Assembly (NCBI RefSeq): GCF_964355755.1
Contig: NC_092675.1
Coordinates: forward strand, 15,658,912-15,722,911
Direction: 5' to 3'
Length of the DNA stretch: 64,000 bases
Source: Antedon mediterranea
Taxonomy: Eukaryota; Animalia; Echinodermata
Below the pieces are notes generated by a model that worked only from the letters and a program-made list of their open reading frames with translations, ran no database searches and had not been told where the DNA came from. The position numbers and the translations under genes were made by a program. Positions 14,001-26,000 of this stretch are shown piece by piece (the stretch's first letter is position 1; each line of letters opens with the position of its first letter).

Positions 14001-14921
14001 AAAGTGGGGACCTGTCCTGTTTTGCATTCTGACCCCTTTTGACCTCAAATGACCTATTTACAAGGTCAGATTTTTTGGGAGGTCTTTCTGTATCTCTTTA
14101 CACAAAATAGATTTTAAAATTTATAAAAACCATTGACGCAATTATTTCCAAGTTTAACATTATTTTCCATCAACTAAATATTTCAATGCAAAATACTGTT
14201 TTTCTGGCAATTAATTGAAATAAACCTGGCAACACATTCTCCTATTTTATCTAAACTATTCGTATGACTCTAGTAGCATTATGACAAGCCACATATACAT
14301 TTTATTATTGGATTAGCCATATTTAAATTGTGTTTCATGTGTTTTGTTTGTTGATATTTTGTTATATTTTTTGTATTTTTCGTATTTTCCTGGCAACACA
14401 AAACCTATGTACAAAATTTACCCCAGTGTTTTTTTCGTGATTATTGTTGACAAACCTATTGACTATCAAATTAAAAAACCTCATTGATTTAAAAACACCA
14501 CTTTGGAAGTTATAGGTACGTTTATGAGGTATACTTTTATAAAAAAAATATTTTTTAAAAACACCCCTTTTTAAAATAATGGTATCAACCAAACTCCATT
14601 TTGTAATTTATTTTTTTTCTACATTAAATGGAACTCAATACATGTTGTTTACACTGCTATAAACAAAAACTGTATACTGTAAGTATTTTTGGTTAAAATA
14701 AGTATACAAGTTTGTACTTTTTCACTATAGAAAATCTGTGAAAAATGGCAAAAACATCAAAATTTGGATAATTGACCGTTGTCATGGCAACGGAGGCTAA
14801 AAAATAAAATGAATGTTGTAGATATGCTTTTTATTGAAATGTCTATTCATGGTAAAAATTTGAGAGAAATCCATTTTTTTACATCTGCCACCAAATCTTT
14901 GATTTTTACAGACAATGGCTC
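11035..14921 (+). mobile_element. Non-autonomous TTAA-targeting DNA transposon (Kolobok-like), copy A, in the P-element intron
   Basis: TTAA at 11031-11034 and 14922-14925. Termini GAGCCATTGTCTGTAA / TTACAGACAATGGCTC (RR...YY). Long imperfect TIRs of ~550 bp, internal degenerate repeats, no coding capacity. Confidence 0.85.
12666..13182. mobile_element. Tc1/mariner-pogo-type MITE nested in Kolobok copy A
   Basis: TA flanks, CAG...CTG termini and repeated subterminal GGAGGT/GTGGCCGCTTAC motifs. It interrupts an internal repeat unit of the host. A 12-bp end deletion is present relative to the copy in B. Confidence 0.65.
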
Positions 14922-15697
14922 TTAATAAACTAGGCTAGGTAGGCCTATTATTAATAATTATTATTTAAACGTATGAAATGATTATTATTATCGGGCTACT
15001 AGTACATTAGTTATATAACACTGTAACAGTGAAATTACACTAATTTCACTGTTCCCTGGTTATATTACTTATTCTTTAAAATGTAGTACCCTTAACAAAC
15101 AATTTTTAAAACTTTCAATTCAAGAAACATTTATTGACCAAATATATATCATTACAATTGTTGGCATATAAGTAAAAATTTGGTCGAAAGACTACAAGAA
15201 GCCCGATTGGCATGTCGCTGTAGGCCTAGCCTAGTCCCTCTTTTTACATTATACAAATAATAATAATACTTAATATAAACAAATTGTGATCTTGATTATT
15301 TTATGCTTTCCGTCTCATGGTTAATATTTGCTTTCTGTCTCATGGTTATTTTATTTCGTTTAATTTAACTAGCCGTTAAATACATTACAGTATTAACGCA
15401 TGAAATGATTATTATTATCATTATTAGGCTAGGACATTAGTTATAATAGTATTTGTATTGTTCCCTGGTTATATTACTTATCCGTTGAGTAGCCCTAACA
15501 AACAATTTTTAATTGAATCTTATACTTAATATTTATAAAATTCAACCGTTAGTTAGTGGTTTTAGGTTAGGCTTAAGTATTTGTTTTTAGGCCCTAACCA
15601 ATTTGAAAATCAATTAGCATGCACGTAGACGTCCTATAATTACGTAAACGTTAATTATGATAAAGCAAAAACTCACTAGACAATTATTAATTTACAG

Positions 15698-15929
15698 GTG
15701 TGCAAAATGGGCACAGAACACACGACGCGCGGATTTGAAAACGAAACCAAGTTCCTATTTACACCGTAATTGCCACTTGTGCAATATTCATTTCGAAGAA
15801 TCTCAAATACTGATGGTCAAGAAGACTTGTACTTTCTTCACAGTCAACGTACGACCGACACCACACACAAAGTGTATGCGCTGTTCGACCCACCACCGCA
15901 TTTAATCAAGAGTGTTCGAAACAACTTAA
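15698..15929 (+). pseudogene. P-transposase exon 2: C-terminal THAP half fused by internal deletion to the catalytic-core motif
   Basis: An AG acceptor at 15696-15697 restores R-CAKWAQNTRRADLKTKPSSYLHRNCHLCNIHFEESQ (THAP W...C..HF signature). In another frame this is followed by VYALFDPPPHLIKSVRNNL (P/THAP9 DxxHLxKxxRN motif). Confidence 0.88.
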
Positions 15930-18900
15930 GAGCCATTGTCTGTAAAAATCAAAGATTTGGTGGCAGATGTAACAAAATGGATTTCTCTCAAATTTTTACC
16001 ATGAATAGACATTTCAATAAAAAGCATATCTACAACATTCATTTTAATTTTTAGCCTCCGTTGCCATGACAACGGTCAATTATCCAAATTTTGTTGTTTT
16101 TGCCATTTTTCACAGATTTTCTATAGTGAAAAAGTACAAACTTGTATACTTATTTTAACCAAAAATACTTACATTATACGGTTTTTGTTTATAGCAGTGT
16201 AAACAACATGTATTGAGTTCCATTTAATGTAGAAAAAAAATAAATTACAAAATGGAGTTTGGTTGATACCATTATTTTAAAAAGGGGTGTTTTTAAAAAA
16301 ATATTTTTTTTATAAAAGTATACCTCATAAACGTACCTATAACTTCCAAAGTGGTGTTTTTAAATCAATGAGGTTTTTTAATTTGATAGTCAATAGGTTT
16401 TTCAACAATAATCACGAAAAAAACACTGGGGTAAATTTCGTACATAGGTTTTGTGTTGCCAGGAAAATACGAAAAATGCAAAAAATATAACAAAATATCA
16501 ACAAACAAAACACATGAAACACAATTTAAATATGGCTAATCCAATAATAAAATGTATATATGGCTTGTCATATTGCTACTAGAGTCATACGAATAGTTTA
16601 GATAAAATAGGAGAATGTGTTGCCAGGTTTATTTCAATTAATTGCCAGAAAAACAGTATTTTGCATTGAAATATTTAGTTGATGGAAAATAATGTTAAAC
16701 TTGGAAATAATTGAGTCAATGGTTTTTATAAATTTTTAAATCTATTTTGTGTAAAGAGATACAGAAAGACCTCCCAAAAAATCTGACCTTGTAAATAGGT
16801 CATTTGAGGTCAAAAGGGGTCAGATTGCAAAACAGGACAGGTCCCCACTTTACTACAACTATTAATGTTTGATCAAAATTTACAAGATAGTTCATAACAA
16901 TTCTCAACAATTTTCATATTTTACCTATAGTGTTACCTTAGCAACCATTTCTATGTGTAACTAAGGAAAGTAATTTTTAAAAAACGTAAAAAATGGCGTT
17001 TTTATAAATACAAAGAATTGATTGCATTTGTACATGTTTCTCAATTTTACTTCTACTGCATTCCATTAATGACAAACTTGACCTTGTAAATTCATTCATT
17101 TTGAGGTCAACATTTTACCATAGTAACTGTTTCTATGCGAAAATTTAAAAAAAATAAGGGGTTTTTCATAAATAAAAAACATTTTTTCTACATAGTTTTA
17201 CATTTCTACTTTTTGCCAAATTTACTTTAAATACTGAATCCTAATAATCTCAGAAAAAAGTCTTGACGAATCTGAATAAAGGTTAAAAAAAATGACCTTT
17301 AGTGTTATCTTAAACCTGTTTACGTAACAAATGATATTTAAAAAAAAAATTAAATATGGAGTTTCATGAAAAAATAAAAATTTTACATATTGAGGTCAAA
17401 TGACATCAACATTTTACCTATAGTGTATTGTAGCAACTGTTTCTATACGTAACTAAGTACAATATTTTTAATATGGGGTTTCATGACTACAAACAATTGA
17501 TTACATAGCTTTACTACCTTTTCCCAAATTTACTTATCTACTGAATCCCAGAAAATGTCTGACCTTGTGAAAAAAAATTTTTGGGTCAAGTTATGTCAAA
17601 ATGTATTATTTATGTTATCTTAGAACCTGTTTCTATGCGTAACTAAGGATAATTGTTTTGTTAAATACAGTTGAACCTCCCGTAAGTGGCCACCCTCGGG
17701 ACCTGGAAAAGTGGCCGCTTACGGGCGGTGACCCCTTACGGGAGGTTCTGCCGATAAAGGGCCAAAATCACTTATTATGGCTATATACGATATTCTTAAC
17801 GAAACGAGCCTCTCAATTTTCCAGCTAATTGTAGGCATATTATTATTTATAATCAGGTGGTTTAGTATTTTTTAGCATTTTCAGACAAATTTTAAAAACT
17901 TTTATCATATGAAAAATGGTCGGTCAAAATCTGTGTAGTTTTCTCATCTCTTCACAGTAATGTTTTTAAAACCTCTTCAAAATAAAGCTAATATATAAAG
18001 AAATACAATAAACATGCACCTCTAATTCATAGGTCCATGCAATAAGTATCACATTTTTCGATTGGCCGCTTACAAAAAATCTCACTTTTAGTATAAAAAG
18101 GTGCTCGCAGCTGCTTACGGTAAGCACCAAATGCACTAATTAGATAGGAAGAACAAACAGGCTTTTCAAAGTGCGTCCGTTAAGGGAGGTGGCCGCTGTA
18201 AATAAAATATGGGGTTTTCATGAATAAAAATAATCACAGAAGAAAGTGCTTACGAATATGACCTTGTGAAACGGTAATTTGAAAATGCAAATAAGGCATG
18301 CCTGCTAATAATCTACAAATTTAAATTTGTATGAGATAAATATGCAAAATCTAAAGAATATCTCATTTTTAGTTACCATAGTAACTGTTGCTATGCATAA
18401 CTAAGGGAAATTAAATAATTATCAGATAATTATTAATTAATAATTATTACTGAATCCAACCATCACAGTAAAAAAATATAGAATTTAAAACCAATATTTA
18501 ATAATAAAGTGTGATATTTTACATGCTGACCTTAAATGAAATGAAATTTCAAATCAGGGCTTCAATATTTGTTATGTAGCATTAACATACCTGAGTATAT
18601 CATTGACTTTTGATTGGTTCTATTTTGGGGAGGGGAAAGTGGTGGATCCAGGACTTTTAAATAGTTAGGTGGTTGAAGGCGAGGGTCTAAAAACTTAACT
18701 TTATGTCCTATCTTTTGCATTGCAATTTTTAACTTGGGGTGGGTGGGGGCTTGGAGAAAAGGGGGAGGTGGTTGGATGGAGGAGTTTGAATCCGTCTATT
18801 CATTGGGGCGATAGTAGCGGCAGTGTGGGTGGTGCTTGAATGCATGCATTTGACACTCTATAGTGGATGATCGACCAAAGTGTTGCAGTTTATCTTTTTG

Positions 18901-19832
18901 TGGTTATAGTCGGGGTGGGGGTGGGGAGGGGTGGTAGTCGAAAGTGGTGGTGGATGGGCATATGGGATCTGCTTAGGTTAGCAAATAAAAGAAGTAAACA
19001 AATGAAAGAGGAGCTTCAAAATAAGAGAGGAGTAATCTGTTGCAAAGATTAAAATTCACAACGATCTGATAATTTATTCAAATTTCCAGAGGATATAACC
19101 TATAAAATGACATTAAAACTGGGAATTACAGAATCTATAATTAAAAATTAATTTTTTTTCTCACAACACAACTAGAACTATATAAAACATTAAGAATTTT
19201 TCTGACCAATGAGTTTCAAATCAAATAATCAAAGAAAATAAAATGTTTTTACTAATATACCATGTTTTTTTTAATATAAAAATGCCTATGTTTCTCGCAA
19301 CACTGCTTGTAGATTTTAAATTTACCCCAGTATTTTATTTTAGAAATCAATTATTAAACATTAGAACTACCTATTTGTAATAAATCAGCTAAAAAAATAC
19401 ACCACTTTGGGCGTTATGGTGAAGTAAAGTTTAGTTGCATTGAACAATTTTAAAAAAGTGAAAAACACCCCTTTTTAAATAAATGGTATCTCCCAAAGTA
19501 TGAAATAAAAAAAAATAAAAAATTTGAAACAGGTACACAATGCATTGTTATTATGCATACACTAATTATTTTTTATAATTAAATGAACAACACAAAAATA
19601 TCGCTCATCAAAGTAGTGCCAATATCCATTTTAAAAAACCTTAAAAAAGGACAAAATTTGTCAAAAACACAAATTTGGCCGTTGCCATGGAAATATACGT
19701 TTGAAATAAAAAATACTTCATATTTGATTTCTCTCAACACATATATAGCCATGTGCAAAATTTGAAAGAAATCCATTTTTTTGAGTCTGCCACTTTTTTT
19801 GATATTTCTTTGATTCTTACAGACAATGGCTC
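15930..19832 (-). mobile_element. Same Kolobok-like element, copy B, inverted relative to A and inserted in the transposase CDS
   Basis: TTAA at 15926-15929 and 19833-19836. Near-identical reverse complement of 11035-14921; the ORF track shows mirrored ORFs. Confidence 0.85.
17668..18198. mobile_element. Tc1/mariner-pogo-type MITE nested in Kolobok copy B
   Basis: TA-CAGTTGAACCTCCCGTAAG...GGGAGGTGGCCGCTG-TA, at the same internal position as in copy A. Confidence 0.65.
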
Positions 19833-20945
19833 TTAAAGCACCATCAGTTTGTCGTAGATGGCAATACAATTAAATGGGAGTACATAGTGGAATTTTATAA
19901 GAATGATTCCATTGCCATTACGAATTGGGATATGACCGGTTGGGCCGCCGACAAGTTGAGCCGCCGGTAATTTCTATGAAACGCCCAGTGCGTCTTTTAC
20001 GACATTTCGCGTAGTGATAGAGGGGTGTCCTAGAGTACATAAGTTCATGGTCTTTAGGTTTATTGTGTCATGAAAATAAATAATAATTACATACTACAAT
20101 TTTGTTGGTTTGAACAGCCATAACAACACAGCAAAGGAAAGTAGTCATATTTAATAATTTAATTGTTTTTAATCTTTCAAATCTTTCAAATTCTTTCAAG
20201 TGCAGTGCACTCCATAATATTTTTCTCGCGTAAAATCATGTTGTCTCTCAGGACTAAGAGTATTGATACTCTTCGAATCAGGTTAAATAATAATTATTTT
20301 TTATCTACTATCTTTTAATATCATATTTTATTGAATTTTACAATGTTAATACACAAAATATTTTACTAAAAAACGGTGATTTTATGCAATTATTTTACCG
20401 AAAAATGGAGTAGGCCTAGTTCATACAACTGCCGCCTAAGGGGGAAACATGTTTACGTCATTTTTGGCTAAAAACGATCATTTTCGGTCATGTTTTAGGC
20501 CTTATATTTTGGAATCTACAAGTCAGATATTCATAATTATTTCTCTTTAATTATAATATTTAATAATATATACTAAAAACCGTGATATATAAACTTTGGA
20601 ATATACATCGTTATATCTAATAATTAATATAAATAGAACTTCTATTAAATAGAAACGAGCACCGGCGAAAGTAAGCATTTGGCGTTTCATAGAAAATAAC
20701 GTTTTTCTGGCGGCGGCTCAACTTGTCGGCGGCTCAACTTGGCCTAATCCTACGAATTGCCCCAAAATTGACGGCCAAGCATATTGAACAACTCCCTCCA
20801 TTCTCCCCCACGCAGGTCCTCGGCAACAGTGTTGCATCTGGAATCATGACCTATGCATCGCTTGGAAAATTGCCTCCAGATGCAGTACACACAGCCAAGT
20901 CATCAGCACAATGGACAAATTATTCGATTCATGCAATGCCAGATG
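19833..20945 (+). pseudogene. P-transposase continuation, interrupted by the MITE at 19928-20750 and by frameshifts
   Basis: The frame continues across the TTAA: LKHHQFVVDGNTIKWEYIVEFYKNDS, then LPLRIAPKLTAKHIEQLPPFS..TQVLGNSVASGI, then after a shift ISTMDKLFDSCN. These are recognisable P-element transposase motifs. Confidence 0.85.
19928..20750. mobile_element. Mutator-like (MULE) MITE
   Basis: Exact 9-bp TSD TACGAATTG (19919-19927 and 20751-20759), GG...CC termini, TIRs containing GCCGCCGACAAGTTGAGCCGCC and TTTCTATGAAACGCC. Confidence 0.85.
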
Positions 20946-21053
20946 CATACAGAATACAAACATATAGTATATAAGATCTTTGGCGTCGACGACGACGACT
21001 TACGACCAATGAGCTAGGTGGTAAAGCCGAAGGCTAGAGGGCGCGCTACAGAC

Positions 21054-21089
21054 TGAAAAGTCAGAGCCATATATGGCTCTGTGAAAAGT
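21054..21089. other. 20-bp perfect palindrome flanked by an 8-bp direct repeat (P-type excision footprint or minimal element)
   Basis: TGAAAAGT-CAGAGCCATATATGGCTCTG-TGAAAAGT. Confidence 0.7.
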
Positions 21090-21147
21090 CAGAGCAAATC
21101 TTTGGTCAGAGAGCCATAAAGAGTTGCGACTATGAATGGAGTAGAGG

Positions 21148-21640
21148 CCATGTTTGTGTCCAACTATTCCTATGTATAGTATAGGCCTAGTTGAGTCTTT
21201 TGTTTTGAAAATGTATAACGTTCAAAAGGCTCTAACTATCGAATATAATATCAAAACAATTAATTTGTTTAAAGGTTTTTGTTAAAATAATAAAAAAATT
21301 ATAAAGTTGCATGCAGCGAACATGATTTTAAACAACAAAAATAGCAATTTCGGAACGGCTCTTGCTGTGCATTTAATGCAAGCTCTTCGAGTGCGCGTTT
21401 AGTTTGTAGGGCCTACAGCGATTTTCTATATTATAGTAATGCATTGTTTTAACATTTTGTTGTTTAAAATCATGTTCGCAGTAACTTTATGATTTCGTTG
21501 TTATCTCAACAAAAAAACCTTTAAACAAATTGATTGTTTTTACTAAATTCGATATTTAAAGCCTTGTGACTGTTATACATTTTTTAAAGCAAATGACTCG
21601 ACTCCATACTCTACATAAGCATAGTTGGACACAAATATGG
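21148..21640. mobile_element. Foldback/MITE with ~200-bp imperfect inverted arms
   Basis: For example CCATGTTTGTGTCCAACTAT vs ATAGTTGGACACAAATATGG, and GCGAACATGATTTTAAACAACAAAA vs TTTTGTTGTTTAAAATCATGTTCGC. Confidence 0.65.
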
Positions 21641-21711
21641 ACGGTGTGCATCCCATGTGACTTTCTAAAATCCGTGAACGCAAGCCGTATATATATATGT
21701 CTCTGTGAAAA

Positions 21712-21840
21712 ATGATTCCAACAGAAGGGGAACCAACAAGATGGCGGCCGTAAATGTGTTCAAAAATATTATTTAATATAAAAAATAGTAATCTATACAT
21801 TAAGACCACATCTTGTTGGTTCCCTCTCCATGGAGAATCA
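21712..21840. repeat. Small hairpin element (~30-bp inverted arms)
   Basis: GGGAACCAACAAGATG vs CATCTTGTTGGTTCCC. It contains a YY1-like AAGATGGCGGC. Confidence 0.45.
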
Positions 21841-22390
21841 CTTCTTGAACTGCTATTACTCCATGCTATAACATTGTTCATTGTGATCTAGTCTTCGGTT
21901 ATATAAAATCTGTGTATGCTATTAACGTCTCGCCTGTAGGGGGTCCAGTCCAGTCGCCCCCTATAAAAAGTTTTCATAAAAATTACCTATTAATAAATAT
22001 CTTCATATCGGGTGTTTTAAATTAAACAATTAAGACAGTGAAGAGGTACGGAATAATACGTACACGGACGTACGACGAATACACACACGCACGTCATCAT
22101 TTACGACATATAGTGGTGATATGAGCGAAAGTAAACAAAGATTTCAAACCAATGCATATGATATGCATGATGCTAATTAGGATTGTTTACAACTCTTCGC
22201 GGTTGAGAAGGTGTTTCACACAGATCGCGAGGAAGTTTTATGATTATGCATACATACAAAAAAACGTCCGTATTTCGGTTAAACTAATTGGTGAAAGTTA
22301 ATAACTATTATAAATGACCCACTTTTTTTTTTAATTAGTCAAAGGGACAATACATCTTTAAGATTGTTGTTTGTAAGGTGTCTGATCATT

Positions 22391-22911
22391 TCGGCCGCCG
22401 GTTATGGAACGCCCAAAATCATAAAACGCCAAAAAAAAAAACAAAATATGTATCATCATTTCGGCCGCCAGAATCGTCAATAACGTATTATTAATTGTCA
22501 AAAAGGGTGTATAGACATGTGTATGTGTAAATCACACAGCCGATTTATGACTTATAGAGGGATTAGTTTAGTAGTTTTAACTAAAGTATTTCTACACGAC
22601 TTAGGCCTACTTTATTTCACATTGGTTGTTGGGTTGTAGGGCTCAGGAAGAAGCCGGAGAATTATAGTAAAATATTTATAGCGCAACGCCATACAAATCA
22701 AAAAGTATGATCGTTTTTGTTGATTGCTGCTTGCATGAATACGCACGTCTATTCAGGCGATAGGCACATGTATACACCCTTTTTGACAATTAAGGCGTGC
22801 CATACATTAACAATATTGACGATTGTGCGCGGGCGGCCGGCCGAAATGAACAATACATATTTTGTCCTTTTTGGCGTTTCATGATTTTCGTTCCATATAA
22901 CCGGCGGCCGA
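22391..22911. mobile_element. MITE with ~130-bp TIRs, immediately upstream of the RNF170 start codon
   Basis: TCGGCCGCCGGTTAT..AAAATCATAAAACGCCAAAAA..TTAATTGTCAAAAAGGGTGTATA at the left is inverted at the right (TATACACCCTTTTTGACAATTAA..TTTTTGGCGTTTCATGATTTT..ATAACCGGCGGCCGA). Confidence 0.75.
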
Positions 22912-22965
22912 TAATTATAATGCACTCTGTGTCACTACTGTTGTGTGACCGTTTAATAAAAGATT

Positions 22966-23075
22966 ATGGAACCCGAAAACCAAATGATAGAGGGTATAGG
23001 GAATGATTTATTAGCAGGTTTAAGCTTAATATTAGTGGCATTTATACCTGTTTTAATGGCCTTTTTAGTGAACAG
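22966..23075 (+). CDS. RNF170: RNF170 coding exon 1
   Basis: [37 protein letters not shown]; GT donor at 23076. Confidence 0.88.
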
Positions 23076-26000
23076 GTAGGTGCTACAATTTACAAACACA
23101 TTATTATTACTTCCCGCTAGGCCTAGCTAGGCTAGCTCCTACCCTAGCTAGGCCCTAGCTAGGCTAGGCCTAGCCTAGTAGCTAGGCTGCAGTAGCGCCC
23201 TTGTAGGGACAAACCTGCCCGTTAAAGTCATAGTCGTTTCGACCAAATAGCCCTAGCCTAAACCTAGCTTCAATGTTCAATTTGAAATTGTGTTTAGTGA
23301 AATTGATGACTATAATAATTGGAAAACCAATTGTTAAATAAATCATTCAACTTTAGGCCTAGCTCCTAGCCTAGGGCTAGGCTAGGCCCTAGAGTACTAG
23401 TAGGCCTAAAAAACCGCCTAGGCATAGCGGCGCTAGGCCTAGCCTAGTTCCGTTTCGCACCTGTTTTTAATTTATTTCGACTTCCTTTTGACTCCAAACT
23501 TGTTTAGGCTAGTTACTTATTGGGAATACCACTGCTTACCACACCTAATTTTGGGCCTCATAAGTACTTTTATGAAGAAGAAGAAGACATGTTTCTCGGA
23601 TTCTAGGATGATTCGGCCCATTTTTGGTGGGACGATTCGGCCCACTTTTGGGCCGAAACAACCCACTTTGTGGGCCAAAACGTCTCACTTTAGACCAAAT
23701 TCATATTAATTTTTTTTGGTATTTATCAAGTTTTTAAAGGTCTTTAACAATCCATATTTTATTGATATTGACAATGTTGATATAATATATCAAATAAATT
23801 ACTAAAAAAACGTAATTTTATAATTAATTTATTATTTCGAAAACTTTGTTTTTTTCGTGCATTCGCCAAGCGGCCAACTTGTTTACATCGTTCAAATATC
23901 AACCAACCCTAAATCAGCATCACTTACCTAGCCTAGGGCAAAAAGTCTGTCGTTTGTGATACTGGTATAAGGATGCCAATGGGCATCCTATAGTGGTAAA
24001 ATTAGGTGGTATCTCTCTCACCTAACCGGTGCAGATTTTTTAGCACCTTTCGGGTCTCCCCGATCTAGACGCAGCAGGGCGTACCCGGCAGACTCCCATT
24101 TCCATTGACTTCAAGTGACCCCCAACACACTTAAATAGTCAGATATTGGTACCTAGCTCATCTAACCAAACATCTCTGGGCTGCCGGTCTAATATTATTT
24201 AGATCATTGAGGTATAAATCTACAGTACATGTGTAATATGATGGATGAATTTGTCGATTTTTATTCTTAAAAGTTAACGAAAACCATGTACAGTATCAAC
24301 AGTAACATTTTTGTTGCATTTACATTGACAAAATATTTAAAAATTTAACGTAATTTTTACCAATAAATGCATTAAATATACGCATTATACTGGGTTTTTA
24401 GCCCTCTATTATAGTTGCTCTATTGGCGCTCCATAGAAACAACAACAACATTGAACATGGCGTATGCGAAATTCATGAATCGATGTGCAAGAAACACGTT
24501 GAATTCATCAATTTAAAGGATTTATTTGTTACTTTTTGTGTGATCTCCTTTGTAAAAGTATTTTTGAGGCCTAATTCTAAGATGTGGTAATCACGATAAA
24601 GTTGCTTAACAACCACAGAACAAACATTTACTTCATCAAAATGCCATACAAATAATACATTATTGAGCATAAAAATGAGGGCCAACTTAAGTAAAATTAT
24701 AAGAACAAGTTATAATAATGAAGCATCAGTAGCCTTAATAAATAATATAAAGAAAAAAATTAATTATTCTAAGAGTAAAAGAAATTCTAATCCCAACCAA
24801 TGACATATCTACAGTATTCAATCATTAACCGACTTCTAGCTACAAGTCTAAGTTTGCTCCTAACACCTCTGCATCCCCTGTCATACAAGAGGCTGAGGCG
24901 TTTGTCAATGATAAATCCAATCAGTTGAGACTTGAAATATTCAATTATATTAGCTGTGAGGATGTACAAAGGCAAATTAATTATCTTAATAAGAGAACTG
25001 CTCCGGGAACTGACGGCATTATGGCTAAACATCTGATGCATAGCCTCCATTTACTAAGTTACCAGATGTTCTGGCCTTTGTGTTCAATACCTGTATTCAA
25101 TTTCGGATTATTACCAAAATTTTCAGAAGGAATTAGTAGGCGTGTTAAGGAGGCAAATCCTTCAAATTGTGATAACATTCTGAAACTTGGCACAGTTATT
25201 AATAGGTCAACATCTAATTTTACCAAATACCATACCGTTTGGTATCGTTGGATTAACAATTAACAAAATATATATTTCAAACAACTTAAGACTAAATTCA
25301 TGTGTCTATGACCAGTATTTACGGAGCTACATACATACATGCCCTGTGTTGTGGGTCAAAGGTCAGAAATGGCATTTCCGGTCATTTTTTACTAAAGGGT
25401 CCCATTAAACTAAATATAAATGTATACCTTCTGATAAATTTGAGACCAAAATTACCAGTGGTTGTCGAGATTTAAGGACATATTGGTGTTTGGTCTTATA
25501 ACATTTGACCCTGACCTTTTGCCACATTTTCAAAATATGTAACCAAGCCAAAAATGATTGTTTGACTACCCTAAACCAATTCTCTGGACCTCAAAGTGCA
25601 TACGAAAGTTGATCTAGCTACTAGAGTAAAATGAAATTTCACTGTTCCCTGTTTTTTATCATAATAATAATGGAGCAATAAATAAATACAGTACACACCA
25701 TTTAAATTTTAATATTATCACAAATTTCACCTCAAATCAGACAACAAGTTTTGTACTGTACATCAAATTAGCAAACACTTTTGTACTAGGCCTAATCTTT
25801 AAAAGATTTTCTGTTACTGTATTACCATTATCTATTTGCCGATTTCAAAATTAAATTTAAACTTTATTAAACTACCAAACAACAACCAACCAGCGCTTGA
25901 ACCTTAAAGTAAGTAAATTATAAGGTAAAGTTTTTAACAATTAAATGTCCTTTGGCAATACAAATCTGTAGATATCCATAATTAATGTATTAATTAGTGT

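Larger units (their letters stand above)
10726..20982 (+). mobile_element. P-superfamily DNA transposon (THAP + THAP9/P-type transposase), internally deleted, with three nested insertions
   Basis: Exact 8-bp TSD GCGTCGAC at 10718-10725 and 20983-20990. 18-bp TIRs CAAAGATCTTCTATACTA / TAGTATATAAGATCTTTG (17/18 match), CA...TG termini. THAP and P-transposase motifs lie inside. Confidence 0.92.

Noticed and set aside
11035-19832. Giant inverted repeat as an assembly or fold-back chimera artefact
   Set aside because: Each arm has its own TTAA pair, the arms differ by substitutions and indels, and the host transposase frame is continuous across copy B. This is what two real insertions would produce.
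11091-19869. Mirrored short ORFs (e.g. MDFFQILH..., MIDQSVAV..., MNNTKIS...) as genes
   Set aside because: They lie in the non-coding Kolobok-like arms, have no recognisable domains, and are duplicated only because the element is duplicated.
10841-20945. Domesticated, functional THAP or THAP9 gene
   Set aside because: There is a frameshift right after the ATG, a large internal deletion, further frameshifts and two insertions in the CDS, and the TIRs and TSDs are still present.
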